Shown here: positions 62,751 through 64,000 of the stretch, piece by piece
Layout: every line of letters begins with the position of its first letter
Numbering within the stretch: position 1 is the first letter of the stretch
Source of the DNA: Raillietiella orientalis
Taxonomy: Eukaryota
DNA: 64,000 bases
Reading direction: 5' to 3'
Assembly: GCA_036172245.1 (NCBI GenBank)
Contig: JAYWIR010000049.1
Location: 434,001 to 498,000, forward strand
Program-made: the position numbers and the translations under genes
The notes under the pieces: model-generated
Seen by the model: only the letters and a program-made list of their open reading frames with translations
What the model was told of the DNA's origin: nothing
Databases searched by the model: none

Positions 62751-63720
62751 TGCCACCCGCTCACGCCGGGGCGTTTATTAAAAACACTGTACATTCGTGG
62801 CACAAGACCCAACTACGGCCAATACATCTCGGGACCTGCCGGGTCGCCGGTATGTAGACCGGCACGTCTCTCCTCGGTAGCGGAGGTAGATGGGGGAAAA
62901 GAGAAAATGTGAAAGGAAACAAAAAAAGAAACACTTGGAGAGTCTGGAAGGGATCACAGTACGCTGGAGGGAGCGTGCATCCTTTGCAGGATGCCGTCGA
63001 GGTCCCTCTGCATACTTCCCAGATGGGGACATCCAATCTCGATTCGCAGGTAGCGACATGCGTGTACGATGGCGTCCCTTTCGCTGCTTCCTCTGTTGGC
63101 TGCACTACACGCAGACTATAGGAAAGCACACACCACGCACCCACAATCCCTCGGAGGCAGCAGAGCGCTGCTAGGGCTGATGCTGGTTGCAGGGCGTCTC
63201 GCACGAAGCCACACAGCGTCTCTGGAGGGACTGCCGACCGGCATCCGGAAGGTCGTAGCAAAACATTCGCATAAGGGCCGGAGGGCAGCGCAGTCCACTA
63301 ACAGGTTGAGGAGGGATTACTTCTCCCCGCACACTGCACACTTCTGTCCCACCTTCCCCAACGTCCAGTGGTGGCAGCGCGCGTTGCAGGGGAGACCCCT
63401 GTGCAACAGCAGGAAAGCCGACTCCTGCCACTTGAGGGGGAGGGTGGATGAGTCTGTAAACACCGGGAACCACCTTAGGTCATCCGATGGGATGCCCAGC
63501 AGCTCGCACCATCTCTGTATTCCTCGCGGAAAGACGCTCGAGGTCGCGGCGTCAGCCAGCTCCCTCATGGTCCAATTGCTTAATGTCTTCTCCCTGCCTG
63601 CTATCCGGCAGGAGACTTGCCACTTCAGTGTTCGGCTGCTGCCAAGTGTCCTTCTGAAGCAGGGCAGCGCCGTGGTCAGTAGGGTCGTCTCTGCCCACGT
63701 GCTCCTGGCGGGACACTCGA
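62751..63720 (-). mobile_element. 5'-truncated LINE (ORF2 end and 3'UTR), related to 21134-23149
   Basis: LPLKWQESAFLLLHRGLPCNARC...CAVCGEK; terminal motif at 62754-62779; similar 3'UTR. Confidence 0.85.
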
Positions 63721-64000
63721 ACATCTTTCGCAGCGACTACACGCTGGGAAGGGTGTATCCATACTGTGCCAGGTGTGGGAAACGGGAATCCCACCCTCAT
63801 TTGCTACTCGACTGTGCTGCCCTCTGGCCCTAGTAAGAACGTCTTCAAACTTCCCTACGGATCCCGGTTGGCAGTTCCCCCAGGGACGTTTTTCAGGTTC
63901 TCTTCCTGCAGGATGCCCTGCGACCAATCGCAGCCCTGGCAGCACTTTGCTGCGTCTGGGGGATCGTGGCTGCGTGGAGCGAAGTCAGAGAACCAGAAAA
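63721..64000 (+). mobile_element. LINE ORF2 Cys/His motif fragment running off the window
   Basis: CARCGKRESHPHLLLDCAALW. Confidence 0.75.

Noticed and set aside
21134..62779. Strict site specificity for every family in the nest
   Set aside because: Related elements ending at 21134 and 62751 have different flanks, as do those at 24285 and 26694, so specificity is claimed only where sites are reused.
20066..63833. Long ORFs without motifs (e.g. 20066-20872, 24526-25278, 53955-54755, 55918-56715, 63069-63833)
   Set aside because: Antisense or off-frame shadows of GC-rich LINE sequence, or low-complexity chance ORFs.

Overview
Eukaryotic (probably invertebrate) genomic DNA; I cannot identify an intact host gene. 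From about 6.6 kb to the end it is mostly a dense, two-stranded nest of decayed L1/Tx1-type non-LTR retrotransposons (ORF1 with CCHC knuckles; ORF2 with APE endonuclease, YADD reverse transcriptase and a C-terminal Cys/His motif). It also holds one 5'-truncated NeSL/Utopia-type RLE element, a mariner remnant, a putative MITE and an AT-rich foldback segment. Family labels A-E are my own. The main observation is that the nesting is not random: junctions and target-site duplications (TSDs) show LINE families inserting repeatedly at the same position inside other LINEs. Family B inserts antisense at one S-P-(T/S)-Q-Q site of family A ORF1 (3 insertions, 2 host copies). Family A inserts twice at the (G)DFN endonuclease motif of family D. 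Family C 5' ends abut the KAFD RT motif of two divergent hosts. Family E occurs twice at one site in the family D endonuclease. A 21-kb, three-level nest (about 25.9-47.2 kb) can be peeled back to a continuous host ORF2. I infer a guild of sequence-specific retrotransposons that target each other; this needs genome-wide testing. Coordinates were read by eye and identities are eye estimates.
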